This document shows positions 25,412-38,741 of a stretch of 64,000 bases of DNA, piece after piece (positions within the stretch are counted from its first letter, which is position 1; every line of letters starts with the position of its first letter). The notes under the pieces are model-generated. The model saw only the letters and a program-made list of their open reading frames with translations. It searched no databases and was not told the origin of the DNA. This DNA comes from Adineta vaga (Eukaryota > Animalia > Rotifera): positions 13,950,001 through 14,014,000 of the forward strand of contig CP075495.1 of NCBI GenBank assembly GCA_021613535.1, written 5' to 3'. A program made the translations under genes and the position numbers.

Positions 25412-27728
25412 CCCTAGTCCTCCCAACATGGGTCATTTTTGACCCAGACATAAAAATTTAGAAATGCAGTATAATATTTTGATAGTTTCGGGTTTAAAGG
25501 AACATCTATCATCTATTATGAACATAGAACTGTTGCATAGTCTGAAATGAAACTTATTTTCCCTAGTTCATCTCATTTCAAGTCTTCAATACAATATAGT
25601 ACAATTTCATCAGTATTGAACATAATACTAGGTACAAGAGCAAATTAAATTTTTGGATAAAATCTAAGACTCATACACCATTTCTACTGTATATGTATCC
25701 CCAATCTGCTTAGAGATATTTATTGATTGGACTTTGGACTATCCAGTTATGATGATATATGATTCACCTGATTAGATTATGAATCGAAAATATCCATCTA
25801 TCATCTAGTATCTTTCCATATTTTTATTTTCCAGATTCAGATTTCTTTTCGTATTATAAAAAACGATCATGAACAATCGAATTGAAGAAGATAGTGAATC
25901 TGACGATGTTAACGACGAACAAAGTGGTTCAGAGATAGAAAATGATGAAAGTCAAACAACAGACGCTGATGATGAAATCGATTTAGAAGATCTTAAAGTA
26001 TCAGGCGATTCTACACGAAAAAGCTCATACACTTCGAAGTCCGGGATGATCTGGTCGTCGATTTCATCTACCTCAACGAAAACAAAACCATTCAGTGGTA
26101 ATATCGAGAAATCTGGACCAACCAAACTTACTGAAAATATCGCATCTATCGAAGACGCATTCATTTGTCTTATGTCGGAAAAAATCTTGCAGAAGATTTT
26201 GATTTATTCAAATATGGAATATGAACGAAACATCAAATTAGATGAGAAAGAAGAAATAACAATGCTGGAATTGAAAGCTTCTATTGGGCTATTATTGCTC
26301 GCTGGTTTATTAGGAAGATCAAGGTCAGATTTACATTCCTTATGGAAAACAAGTCCTTTGGAATCTCCAATATTTAAAGCTACTATTTCAAAAAGCCGCT
26401 TTGACAAAATTATTGCGTGCCTTAGATTTGATGATAAAAGTACAAGAGAAGAGAGAAAAAAGCAGATAAATTTGCAGCAATTCATGAAATCTGGTTAGAT
26501 TTTCAAGATAAATTAAAAACATGCTATACACTGGGACTTAACATTACCATCGATGAACAATTACTAGGATTTCGGGGAAAATGTCCATTTCGTCAATTTA
26601 TTCCTATGAAACCTGACAAATATGGATTAAAGTTCTGGCTATGTGTTGATGCGGAGTCGTATTATGTGTTAAATGCATTTCCTTACATTGGACGACAGCC
26701 CGGTCAAGAAAAACAAGCACACGTAGGTGAAAGTGTGCTTTTAGAACTGCTCTAGCCATTTTATGGTTCAAACAGAAATGTTACAATGGATAATTTCTTT
26801 ACAAGTGTTCCATTGGCAAAAAATCTTCCAACAAAGAATCTTACGCTTATAGGAACATTACGAAAAAATAAACCAGATATACCTATAGAATTTCTATCTA
26901 GTAAAATTCGTGAAATTGGTTCTTCACTTTTTGGTTTTGAAGATAATTTAACTTTAGTTTCCTTCGTGCCGAAAAAAAATAAAGCTGTCTTATTACTTTC
27001 TTCAAAACATCACGATAATCATGTGGACAATAAGACTGGAAAACCAGGTATTATTTTGGATTATAATAAAACCAAGGGAGCTGTTGATACTGTCGATCAA
27101 ATGTGCCACAAATATACAGTAATAAATATTTTTAATTTTGTCATTTGTAGGTAAAAAGAGGTACAAAGCGATGGCCGCTTTGTATTTTCTACGGCATGAT
27201 AGATATGGCGGCTCTAAATGCTTTTATCTTATGGAAATCGAAAAATCCGGTTTGGAATGAAAATAAAAGATATCAACGACGCTTATTTTTAGAAGAACTC
27301 GGACTTAGTCTAGTAACACCTTTATTGGATTTTCGTTCAAAAACCTCAAATTTTCTACATAAACATATACAAAATGCTTTGCTTATTGTTGGTCATCCTG
27401 TATCGAAAAGAGATTCACAAAAATCAGATGAAGATTCTGCACAAAGCAAACGAAAACGATGTTCAATATGTGAAACATCTAAAGACAGAAAAACTTCAAA
27501 TAAATGTTATAATTGCTCTGCATTTGTTTTTAGTGAACATTGTGTAAAGCAAATTTTCTGTATTAATTGTTCTAAATAAAGAACTAACATACTGTCAGTA
27601 TTTTTCTATCAAGCTCGATATAAGAGTAGCACCCTTTTGTCAAGATAGTAACCTTAAAATCGAGAAAATCATTTTACAGAAGCGTAAATTGCTATTTTAG
27701 TGCGTAAAAGAGCACGGGAGGACTAGGG
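25412..27728 (+). mobile_element. piggyBac transposon, full length (2317 bp), inactivated
   Basis: TTAA at 25408-25411 and 27729-27732; perfect 13 bp TIRs CCCTAGTCCTCCC / GGGAGGACTAGGG. Confidence 0.96.
25869..27579 (+). pseudogene. piggyBac transposase with frameshift, premature stop and probable intron
   Basis: Acidic N-terminus, LRFDD, DDD triad contexts TIDEQLLGFRG / VTMDNFFTS / GAVDTVDQM, KPDKYGLK, C-terminal Cys-rich domain RKRCSIC...CYNC...HC; frameshift in A-run ~26460, TAG at ~26753. Confidence 0.93.
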
Positions 27729-29049
27729 TTAAAGACAACACATGAAACGGTCAGTATTTACTGTAAAAGATCAATAAAAAAATTGAAGTATTAGTAAATC
27801 TGTTTTAGAATAAGCATAGTGGTGAAGATTTTCTCTGATTTTTATTGAAGAAACGAGATCTGGACCGCTACTGGGTGTCAAAGTCCTCGAAAATCTCTTT
27901 ATAAAACTCTAAAGAACTAGCAGGCTCTTGTGTGTGTTCGCATTCTACTGAGTGGTTGAATAATGAAAATGAAACTAAAATAGATTTTCTCCTATATGAA
28001 TTGCCCGGACAGTTGATGGAGTCGAGAAACATGAATCTGATGTTAACTTTTCTAAATTGCGTAAGTAAATAGCTTGAGATGGTTGTTTTGAACATGATTT
28101 TTTACAAAAAAAAGGTTCAGCGAATGTTCAAATGAGCCTTACTTAATGTTTCAACACTTTGATTTCCTTTCATAAATTGTTTTAGAAATAAGAAGTTCTG
28201 TTAAAAAAGTTTTTATTATAATAATCATATAATTAAAATATATTTATAGGAACTAATGAAGATTACCTGGATGAGAATAGAAAACGTGCTAAAATACTGG
28301 CTCAAATTGTTTCAATGCCTGTTCAACTAAAATATCTTCGAATCGAAAATTTTCAATGGCTTTTACACGTTATTGAATATGTAAGAATAGATTTTATTCT
28401 TATTATTTATTTTAATTTCAAAAATATACTCATAGTCTTCGTAAATGTTCATTTCGTTGAATTATATGATGAAAATATTATCGATGAAGTATAGTATAGT
28501 CATCAAATAAGTTTGTGTATATAACAAAAACAAATCAATTTCCATTATGAATAAGTTAAAGAATCTTTGATCAAAGTAGATAGAATTATTTCATTGTGGA
28601 AAGATAATATATAAGAAAAATTGAAAGAGTAATAATCTTGAGTATCGAATGAATATTCTTCTATTCAAATTCACATCATCAAAATGATCGATTTTGGAAT
28701 TCTAATTTTAATCAAAACATATATATATATAAAACTATAAAAGATTAGACATTTTGGATCAATACAGAAGACTTTCAATGTTTCTTCTATCATATATTTT
28801 AATGTTTTAATAAATGAAAACAATTTGATCAATTTGTATTTTTAGGCACATGGTCAACTCAGAGAAGATGTGTTAAGTACTTTTAGATATACAGAATTTC
28901 GCCTTCCTAGTTGTCATCTTGACTCAAATGAATCGATTTATATGGGCAAATCTCTTGTGCCTTTTCTTAATACTTATATGCCACATCTGCAAACATTATG
29001 TCTTTGGCGTCGAGATGATTTACCTTGGACATCAAGTAAGTCTATTTAA

Positions 29050-29660
29050 GAGGAGGAATGAATTAAATTATTTTCTTATATTATATTATAAAACATATTT
29101 TTTTCGGATCTACAGAATCTCCACTTTCAAAAAAGGTTTTGCCTTTTTCTCAAAATAGAGTTTTTTATTTTTACGTTTTCGTGCATCCCAGATTTCTTCG
29201 CCATTTTAAAAGCTAGAAAGCTCGGATTTGTTTTAAATCATAGCTAAAGTCTACCTCTACAACGTCACAACGTCCGATTTTTAATTTCATGATAGATGTT
29301 GCATGGAGAGAAGATCTACGAGAACTTTTACCTTAAGAATTTCATACCATGACGAAGAATTTATTTGAAAACCAAACTAGAGATAAATTAAAAAATCGGG
29401 CTTAGCTATGTTGTAGAGGTAGCCTTTAGCTACGATTTAAAACAAACCGGAGCTTTCTGGCTTACAAAATGGCAGAAAAATCTGGGATGCACGGAAATCG
29501 AGTTTTTAAGCATTAACCTTGTATTATTTCTTGAACGGTTCAATATTTCAGCTTGAAATTTTTACCATCAGAGACCAAGCCCAAGATATATCTATTCTAA
29601 AAGTTTCATTAAGATCGGATGTTCTACGGAAAAAATGGATTTTTGGGTGGAGGCTGGGCC
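29050..29660. mobile_element. TTAA-flanked non-autonomous element with internal ~110 bp inverted repeats (possibly Kolobok-like), intronic
   Basis: TTAA at 29046-29049 and 29661-29664; arms ~29177-29290 and ~29385-29497 (CGTGCATCCCAGATTT / AAATCTGGGATGCACG); no clear terminal IR, so outer limits are uncertain. Confidence 0.55.
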
Positions 29661-31552
29661 TTAAATGAACAATTATAATCCTTCAAACCATTTGTCATAT
29701 GTTTGAGATTTTGCCGATAAAATAGAAGAACTCTTTGAGATGTTTCACATATTCATTAGAGTATATTAAAAGCTATGAACATTGGATGATTTACTATTGA
29801 AAAAATTGATATGATTTTCGTTCTATAAGTTCGACCGATTTTTCAACGATATCAATATGGTAAAATGCTTCGACAATGGATACAATCTTTGAAAACAACT
29901 GAATCAATTTGTAAGTAATTGAAATTGTTTTTCTTAAATGAATATTCATTTTTTTTAAATTTCAGATGAACATGTAACTGTATTTGAAACAGATCTTTCT
30001 CAACTAGTCAAACATTTAAAAGAATTGACTTTTCTTGATATTCGTAGTGAAATTCTTAATGAAAAGATCGAACCTTATCGTTATATGGTCGAAAAACTTT
30101 TTCCTAATAGTCAAATTTATATTTCAAAATATCGTTTTCGTTTATGGATATGATTGATTATTTGTTCTTATAAATCAATTAGATATTAAATCTAAATATG
30201 TTAATAAAAAGTTACTTTCATTTCCTTATTAAATATCTCATGAAGATAAATCACTTCAGTTCAACTTATGTTATTCATTTTTTAATTCGATTCTGATGCT
30301 TTGGGATTGAGATTAGTAGTAAAAGAAAACAAATAAAGATATTTGAAAGTAAAGAAAAGAGAGCATTATGTAGATTAAACATGTATCAAAATAGCTACAA
30401 ATTAAACGAGCAGTTATTTTATGTTAATGATCAGTAACTATTAGATTTGGTCCGTAATTTACTATTTGAGGGGGTGGGTGTGAATATTGTCTGATTCGTG
30501 GTCAACAGCCACACCATCAAGATGCTTGTTGTGCTTTCGTAACGCGAATTAGTCAAACAAAACGATAAAAAAATCTTTCCATAATAGCAATATAAATCGT
30601 ATGAAATGAACTGTATTTTGATAATTGCCCAATACCAATTGAATTGACTCACAAAACAAAATAAACAACAGTAAGATTAACGTAATCGAACAATCTAACT
30701 CACATTAATTGATGAAGAAAACAACTAGACGGTACTCGAGCTTTACTCGACTACAGAATGCGATGCGATCAGTGTTCGTTAAAATGATTCCAATCATCAT
30801 TTTTTTATATCTTTTTCTCATGTATCCTATCAGCTGAAAAACATCTGTTGAACGAAGTTCGCGCCTAACTTTTCTTCTTAACAACTTGATTTTAATTATC
30901 TCACTAAATTTCAAAGTCAAAATCGTTTTTCTATGAGCTACCTGAGTACGTATAGAACGTCACAATTCAATTCTGGTTACAGATTTTTCAAGTAGAGTTT
31001 CGGTATTTTTATCTTGTTTTTGAATGAAATTTTTATGGTGTCCAGTTCTCGAGATCTTCGCGTAACTAAATGAGGACTTGACATGCGTACGTCGAGAAAG
31101 TAGTCAAGTAAGAGAAAAAGAAAAATCAAGAAGCGCTACAGTAATGCTCAGCTCATTCTTCGCATCGCATTAAATATTACACACACATATATATTGTGTG
31201 TTTCTATTGTGTCTGTATTACTCTAAGTTAAAAATGAACGCCCTCTATTCATTTTCTCTTTTCAAATAAGGCTATGTGCGTTTAATGCAATATGGCGATT
31301 CATTGAATGTAACTTATCTCGACCTTATATGATTTCCTTTAAATGTCATGATCGGATAAGAATATCTGAAATCTTCAAAATACATTTTATTGAATTTAAG
31401 TAGATGTCACTAGAGAAATATATCCATTATTTACCAATCATTAACTATCGATGGACCTTCTAGAATAGAAACTCGAAACAAGATATTTTCCTTCTTCCGT
31501 AAAACGTCAAGAGAATTAACTTTGTTCAATTTTTTGTTTGTTAATTGCTATT

Positions 31553-32642
31553 ATGTTCAAACGTAAATTAACAGCACTCGATTATGGAAAAGAGTACAAT
31601 CCTCAAGGTAAATATTTCGAATGCATTACCTGTAATTTCATGTTTACTGTTATGTTATTATTTAGATGAAAATCAATTTCGACAAATGATCGTATGGCTT
31701 GAAGACATGAAAATACGTTTATATCCTATTGATGGACGACAACATCTTCGTGATACTCAAAATCCCCAATGGGAACAAGCGCTTTCGAAAGTACAAACTG
31801 TTGATGATATCAAATCAATTCTTTCTAAATCTTTTTTTTATTTTTCAGTATTTACAAGATCTGAAATTTCCGTATAATAATGAAATGATCAAAGATCGTA
31901 TAGCTGTCAGTGATTGGCTTATTGGTGCGGCAATCCGTTTTGAATATGGTGATAATGGTGAGTTCTATTTTTTACTTTTTCCAAGCAATACAAAATAACG
32001 AGATTATTCTAGTGGAGAAATTCAAATCCATTTCTTTGAATGCACAACAAAACAATCATACTTCATCAAATCATACTGACAATCCCTTGGAAAAAATTGA
32101 TTGTAACTATTCAGTTCTTTATTGATTTTGTATTTTATAAATCAGAGTTATCTTTTAGTTGCAAGTGAAGATTTTAAAAATGGAATGTTACAGTTATGTC
32201 AGTTATTACAAATTCCAACTAAATTCAATGATACAACTGCGATCCTTCGTGTAAATGATGCATATTATATCGTATTTATGTTATGAGATATTATCTTTGA
32301 TTTTATAGGCTGTAAGTAAATTCATCACAACGAAATTATCCAAAGAAGCAATGGAAAAAAGTCAAATAAGAGAAGAAGTAATGAGATTTTTTTGATAGAT
32401 TTTATTGTTTACGAAAATTTGATTTCTATTAGGGTTCCGGTGTAGATTTTTCTCTTGAACAAATGCCTCTTGGTTTTGATACTGGTGATAAAATCATCAA
32501 TGAAGCTGCTAAAGTTCTTCGATTATTATATATTCAAGATTTACGAACATTACAAACGAAAATTAATGAAACAATTGTAAATGTTCAATCATTTGTTGCT
32601 GATCCACGTACTGATAGTAAATTGGGAAAGATTGGAGTTTAA
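31553..32642 (+). CDS. RTRAF: RNA transcription, translation and transport factor (C14orf166/CGI-99; tRNA ligase complex subunit), ~7 exons
   Basis: MFKRKLTALDY, IVWLEDMKIRLY, LGFDTGDKIINEAAKVLRLLYIQDLRTLQTKINE, ADPRTDSKLGKIG. Confidence 0.93.
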
Positions 32643-32844
32643 AATCAATCCGATACGGCATTAGAATAATAATATTATCTTCTTTGTTATTCTTATTGTT
32701 TTAAAAAAAAAGCTAACACATTTTCTTGTTATTATTAACTCCGCTTTCTTATATTGAACAAGTTACTTTCTCTTTTGTTGGATTTGATTGTTATGATTTC
32801 TTTTTACTACCTCTATTTTCTATTCCAGATAAGAAAAAACAATC

Positions 32845-34415
32845 ATGACGAAACCATTGAATTATAATAAATGGAAAAAGATCGAAGTATCCGATGATGA
32901 AGATGATACTCATCCAAATATTGATACACCAAGTTTATTTCGTTGGCGTCATCAAGCACGTGTCGAACGACGTGAACAACGACTCGAAGAACAAAAAGAA
33001 CATGAAACAAAACATAAACAGTAAAACATTCTATCTATTTCTTTTTCTGCTAGAACTTTCATTGATGTCTTGTTTTCTCTTTAGACTGATCGATCGTCGA
33101 AAACAATTAAACGAAAAATTGAAAAAATTAGAAAATGTAAGGAGAATATCGTTATCCGATAAGTTTATCTAGAGATTTTGTTTTAGGAAAAAGGAGATGT
33201 TTCATCACTTAAATCTGAACGTGAAGCTTTGGAAAAAGAAGAACGTGAATGGAAAGCTAAAGATGATGAAATGCAAAAACAAGAACGTATACGTCCATTA
33301 GATGTTGATGATTTAACTCATGAAGGAAAATCTAAAACATCGATTAATAAAAAAGTAACGGAAGAACGACCACAAAACATGACGGAGGAAGAACAAGCCG
33401 AATATTATGTATGTTTTTATATTCATTATGGAAAATAACATCGATGAAGAATTGATTTTTTATTTCTTTTTTTAGAAAAAATTTCTCGATAAACATAGAG
33501 ATAATGTGAAAAAGTATGGCATGTTTCGTAATTACGATGATACACAACGATTTCTTGAAGATCATTTGGAATTAGTTTGTGAGGAAACAGCAAATTATTT
33601 AGTTGTTTGGTGTATTGATCTTGAAATGGAAGAAGTAAGAATGAAATTAATTTCATTTTTCTAATAAAAATGATTTTTTGTTTTCTTAAGAAACATAGTC
33701 TTATGGAACATGTTAGTCATCAAACGATGATCATGCAGTTCATTCTGGAATTAAGTAAAAGTTTGAAGATTGATCCACGTCAATGTGTTCGACCATTCTT
33801 TCAACGGTTAAGAAATTAGTTTTAATTGGTAAATTGCAAGATTGTTTTTATCTTTTGTAGAATGAAAACAGCAGATGAACAATATAAACAAGGTTTTGTT
33901 GATGAACTTACTGCGTTTCGAGAACGTGTTCAAACACGTGCAAAACAAAAAGTTGCTGATGCTCTTCAACAATATGAAGAAGTATATGTCGAGAAGATTG
34001 ATCAACGAAATACTTTCTAAAGCATTTTTGTTTCTTTTAGGAAGAACGTCAAAAACGTTTAGGTCCAGGTGGTCTCGATCCTGTCGAAGTTATGGAATCA
34101 TTACCAAAGGTAAAGAGCTTCATCTCTTCTTCGTCTTATTTAATTTCGAATGTATTTCTTTACTTGTAGGAATTACAAGAATGCTTTGAATCACGTGATG
34201 TTTCACAATTACAAGCAGTTTTATCAAAGATGCCACGTGATGAAGCAGCACAACATTTAGATCGTTGTATTAAATCTGGTTTATGGGTACCAAATGCAAA
34301 AGATGCTGAAGGTGATGGCGAAGAAGAAGATGAAGAAGGAGCTGAAGGTGCCGGAGAAGCATCAAGTGAAGAAAAAGTTACACAAGGTGTCGAAAAATTA
34401 CAAGTTGATCAATAA
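32845..34415 (+). CDS. CDC37: Hsp90 co-chaperone Cdc37, ~8 exons
   Basis: [73 protein letters not shown]. Confidence 0.96.
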
Positions 34416-34680
34416 ACAATGGAACTCTGTACACATATTTCGATTTATTCTCTGATTTTTTTAACTTAACATTCTTCTTCTTTTTTTGCTCTTATCGCTA
34501 AAGTTCAAGTTAATAAACCAGAACTTTCGTGTAAATCAATTCAATATCTACGAAAAAAACAATGGCGCGTTGAATTTTTATAATATTTTATACGAAATTT
34601 TAGTCAGTAATTACTTCCTTTGTTTTCTCTAATCGATTTGGATATGATAAACAATGTCTTGAGTTTTGTAATTTAATTGA

Positions 34681-35853
34681 ATGGCAAGTGATGATAATGT
34701 TAATGTTGATAGTGTAATTGAACAATTATTAGAAGTTCGTAAACATCCGAAATTAGAAAAAATTGAATTAAAGGAAAATGATATACGTATTATTGTACAT
34801 AAAGCACGTGAAATCTTTTTAAGTCAACCTGTTCTTCTCGAACTTGGTAAAACATTGAACTTTTTGTTTTTTCGTTAATTTGTTAATTTGTATTTTAATA
34901 ACAAATAGAAGCTCCATTGAAAATTTGTGGTGATACACATGGTCAATTTTCTGATTTACTTCGATTATTTGATGCTAATGGATATCCACCCGATGCCAAT
35001 TATCTTTTTCTTGGTAAAGAAAATGACTTTAATTTGATATGTTTAAATCTGTGTCCTTCATTTTCGAGGTGATTATGTCGATCGAGGAAAAATGTCACTT
35101 GAAACCATCGTTATATTACTTTGTTATAAGATAAAATATGCTGAAAATTTCTTTCTCTTACGTGGAAATCATGAATGTGCAGCCGTCAATCGTATTTATG
35201 GATTTTATGATGAAGTTAAACGACGTTATAATGTGAAATTATGGAAAACTTTCACGGATTGTTTTAATTGTTTACCAATTGCAGCAATTATCGATGAGAA
35301 AATTTTCTGTTGTCATGGTGGTCTTAGTCCAGATCTACATTCTTTTGAACAAATAAGACGTATTGCAAGACCAACAGATATACCAGATACGGGATTATTA
35401 TGTGATCTTCTTTGGTCTGATCCAGATAAAGAAACATCTGAATGGGGTGAAAACGACCGAGGAGTTTCATTTACATTTGGTGTTGAAGTTGTGACACGAT
35501 TTTTGACACGACATGATCTCGATTTAATATGTCGAGGACATCAAGTTAGAAGGAGATGAAAATAAAGATATTTCGATTATTTTATGAAATTTTATTAGGT
35601 TGTTGAAGATGGTTATGAATTTTTTGCTAAACGTCAATTGGTAACTATATTTTCTGCACCGAATTATTGTGGAGAATTCGATAATGCCGGTGGTGTAATG
35701 AGTGTAGATGAGAATTTAATGTGTTCATTTCAAATACTTCGACCATCGACACAAAAAACTAGTCAAGAAACACAAGGAAAAGGAACGACAGTTCATACAT
35801 CATCATCGTCAAAAACAACATCAGTAACAAAAAATTTGAATGTAAAAAAATAA
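34681..35853 (+). CDS. Serine/threonine protein phosphatase PP1 catalytic subunit, divergent paralog, 4 exons
   Basis: [63 protein letters not shown]. Confidence 0.93.
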
Positions 35854-36393
35854 ATCTTGGTATTGAAAACGACACAAAGAATATACTCATAAAAATATGC
35901 ATTATTGTATATAAATGTTTATTACATGAAATGAACACTGTTCATAGACATTGTTGCCTCAAGAATTCTCTATATTATGTCTTTGGAATAATTAGTAGAT
36001 TATGCATCCGTGTTGTATCGCGTGTGATGCAAAATGTAGAAAGAATTGTATCTCTTGATTTTTATATGTTTTGAATAAATGTGAGTTAATGATATCATTC
36101 AGAGATTATTAAACAGTAGAAATGAAAATAGCCAGAGAATCAATATTGATCATCATCATCATCGAGACAATGAACAATTGAATTTATATTCGAAAGAAAT
36201 CTATCAACTCTATCAATAGTCGATATTAGCATAACATAAAATGATTGTTCTTTTAACATCAACAACGCGTATATGTATTCATTATCAAATTAGTTCTGCA
36301 TACAATAGTTCAATTCAATTCTCATATGTAGTACGAAATGTTATAATTTATATGTTAGTCAAGGACAAAATCTTCACATAGAACGGATTGAAA

Positions 36394-37570
36394 TCATGGT
36401 GTCAATATTACATATCCTTCACATTTCTCCGTTGGCGCAGCAACACCACCTTCATCATACCACCAGAAACTAACATTGACATCTTGATTTTGAATAACAT
36501 TAACTGTTTGTTTTATATAATCAGATGTTGATGCAGCTATCGAGTAGAGATATGCTGAACCTGAATGTGCTCCTCCTGGAAAAGAATATGCTAACGGTGT
36601 AATAGAAAGATTTCCAGAAGAAATCACTGTCCATCCAGTAAAATTCGACTCAAAACCACCATTGATTACTAATTCTGCATTACCTTGCGTCATACTAATA
36701 TCATCAATATGCCACTGTCCAACTTCTTCGATAAGTTGAAATTCAATAGTTAACTGACTTGATATTGCTCGATAACAACAACTAAGATATCGATAGGATG
36801 GTGCTGATGGAGTACAGATACCAGTTTTATTCCAAGAAAGTATCGGTGTTGTACACATCATGGCACCAAATGTACATGCAGATGTTGTATTTGTGAGTGT
36901 AACTAACGAAAAACAGAATGTATCGATCATGATTACGATTTAATACAAAATAAATAATGATATTACTTGAATTGGTTGAATCTAAAATAGGATCGATATA
37001 AAAACTTAAAACTCGAGATTAAATCATTTACTTTGTTTTTGATTTGTAGCATATAAAATAATACCAATAATTCCACTGATGATTAAAATTGAAAGGAGAA
37101 TACATAGTCCAAGTTTACAAAGAAATTTTCTTGAAATAATTCTCTTCTTATTTTTATTCTGATGTCTGAAAATACGTTTATTCATACAAATTGATCCTAA
37201 TGTACTGTTTCTCTTTGTTATACCTTCTATCGCAATCGATTTTGAAATCATTGTTGAATAATTCATGACTATTCCCAGGTGTTATTCGATGCGTACGATG
37301 TAATGATAAATAAGTGTTCGATTTATCAAAACAATCTATTGAATTTTTCTCGTCATTTGTACAGACAGAAGAGCTTTGTTGTTGTTCTTCATTATGAATA
37401 TTCTTTTGTTGTGATTTGATAATCGTCTTAGTAGTATTCGATGATAATATTGATCGATGTACAGACACATTTAAAAAACGAGTTCTATTCAAATTTGATT
37501 GACATGTAAGATTATCTTTCGACGTTTGCCGTTTTGAATGTTGTCGTTTGAAAGAATTTTTTCGACTCAT
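36394..37570 (-). CDS. Type II single-pass membrane protein with C-terminal beta-sandwich (carbohydrate-binding-like) ectodomain
   Basis: Basic N-terminus, TM LGLCILLSILIISGIIGIILY, 15 nt micro-exon ~36968-36982, ectodomain WHIDDISM..ELVINGGFESNFTGW...VSFWW; the join near 37270-37297 is uncertain. Confidence 0.6.
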
Positions 37571-38741
37571 TTTTTTAAGTTTGATATTTTATTGCAAGAA
37601 GAACTTCAATACTTATAGAGATGTTTGATTAAATCTCATCATCTATATGTATTTTAAATTCAAAGAGAAAAGTACGTTGACATGTACTGATTCGACGTAT
37701 ATGCTTTCATTATTCTACATTTTGACTTTTTCTATAGGTTATATTCAATTAATCTATTTATATGTATCGTACTGTAATTTTCTAATTAAACAAATAAGTT
37801 ATGCATATGCAGATAACATTCACGAGGGATAAAAAATTGATTCTCTAGTGAATGAAAGATGAAAGAAACACGTTGAGAGATAGGCATATGTATATATATT
37901 TCTATTATCATTGACAAAAACTAACAAATAAACATAAGTAGAGAAACGTCGAATGAATTGACAGATTTATGAGATTGAAATTTATTCTCATCTACTTATT
38001 TGCTTGTTTTAATAGATAAATTGCTTTGAAAGAACATTTCTTTCCATACAGACATACATGTGACAATTACTGAAGAAGAAATAAACAATTGACAAATCTC
38101 TTTTTACACATTCGAACAATTGTCTTAGTCATGTACTTAACAATTGTAATCATATAATGACAAGTATACATCAAATTAGAAGAAGGAAAATAGTTAGATG
38201 AATAACATTAGATTACATTGTTCAGCATCATCATCATCCAACCATTGCCTCGCGAAAGTTCATCGGTCTGGTCGATGTATGTAAAAAACACTGTATAGAA
38301 TGCTTGTTTTATTATCTATTATTTTAACATTTTTGTTATGTGGACATTGGTCATGGATTACGCCATTGATTCGACCCCAAAACATATAATGTATACGAAT
38401 CCTGTAGCTCATTAGAACAAACCATTGAACATGATGGACACAGAGAGAAAGAGAATGACATACGCAGCAAAAATCTCTCATTTTCTATTCTCTTTTCGCT
38501 CATAAAAAAAGCAAGTAAGAAATAATAAGTCTAACAATAGAAAGAAGAACGGAAAGAGATTTTTTCTTCTCTTTCTCTCTCGATGAGAAATAGAACGAGA
38601 GACGAAGACGTATGTCTCGCTTCTCTCTCTCTGTCTCTCTCTTTCGTCTAATGTTGAACACACATACATATAAACATATCTAGAGAAAAAAATTATCATT
38701 CTTCATCGTCACTTGTCTTAAAAGAGATACAGTTTGAACTG

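Larger units (their letters stand above)
24815..30153 (+). pseudogene. 5'-truncated, TE-disrupted LRR-like gene (resembles the C-terminus of F-box/LRR-type proteins)
   Basis: Four phase-compatible open exons (~28250-28380, 28846-29035, 29830-29911, 29966-30153) encode ...LKYLRIENF...MPHLQTLCLW...LKELTFLDI...FRLWI*; upstream exons are interrupted by the MITE and piggyBac. Confidence 0.6.

Noticed and set aside
27868-28095. 75 aa minus-strand ORF just downstream of piggyBac
   Set aside because: Outside the TIR, no recognisable domain, lies in a probable intron
30431-31080. Short minus-strand ORFs with slightly higher GC
   Set aside because: Broken frames, no recognisable motif or termini; possibly a decayed TE or gene but unsupported
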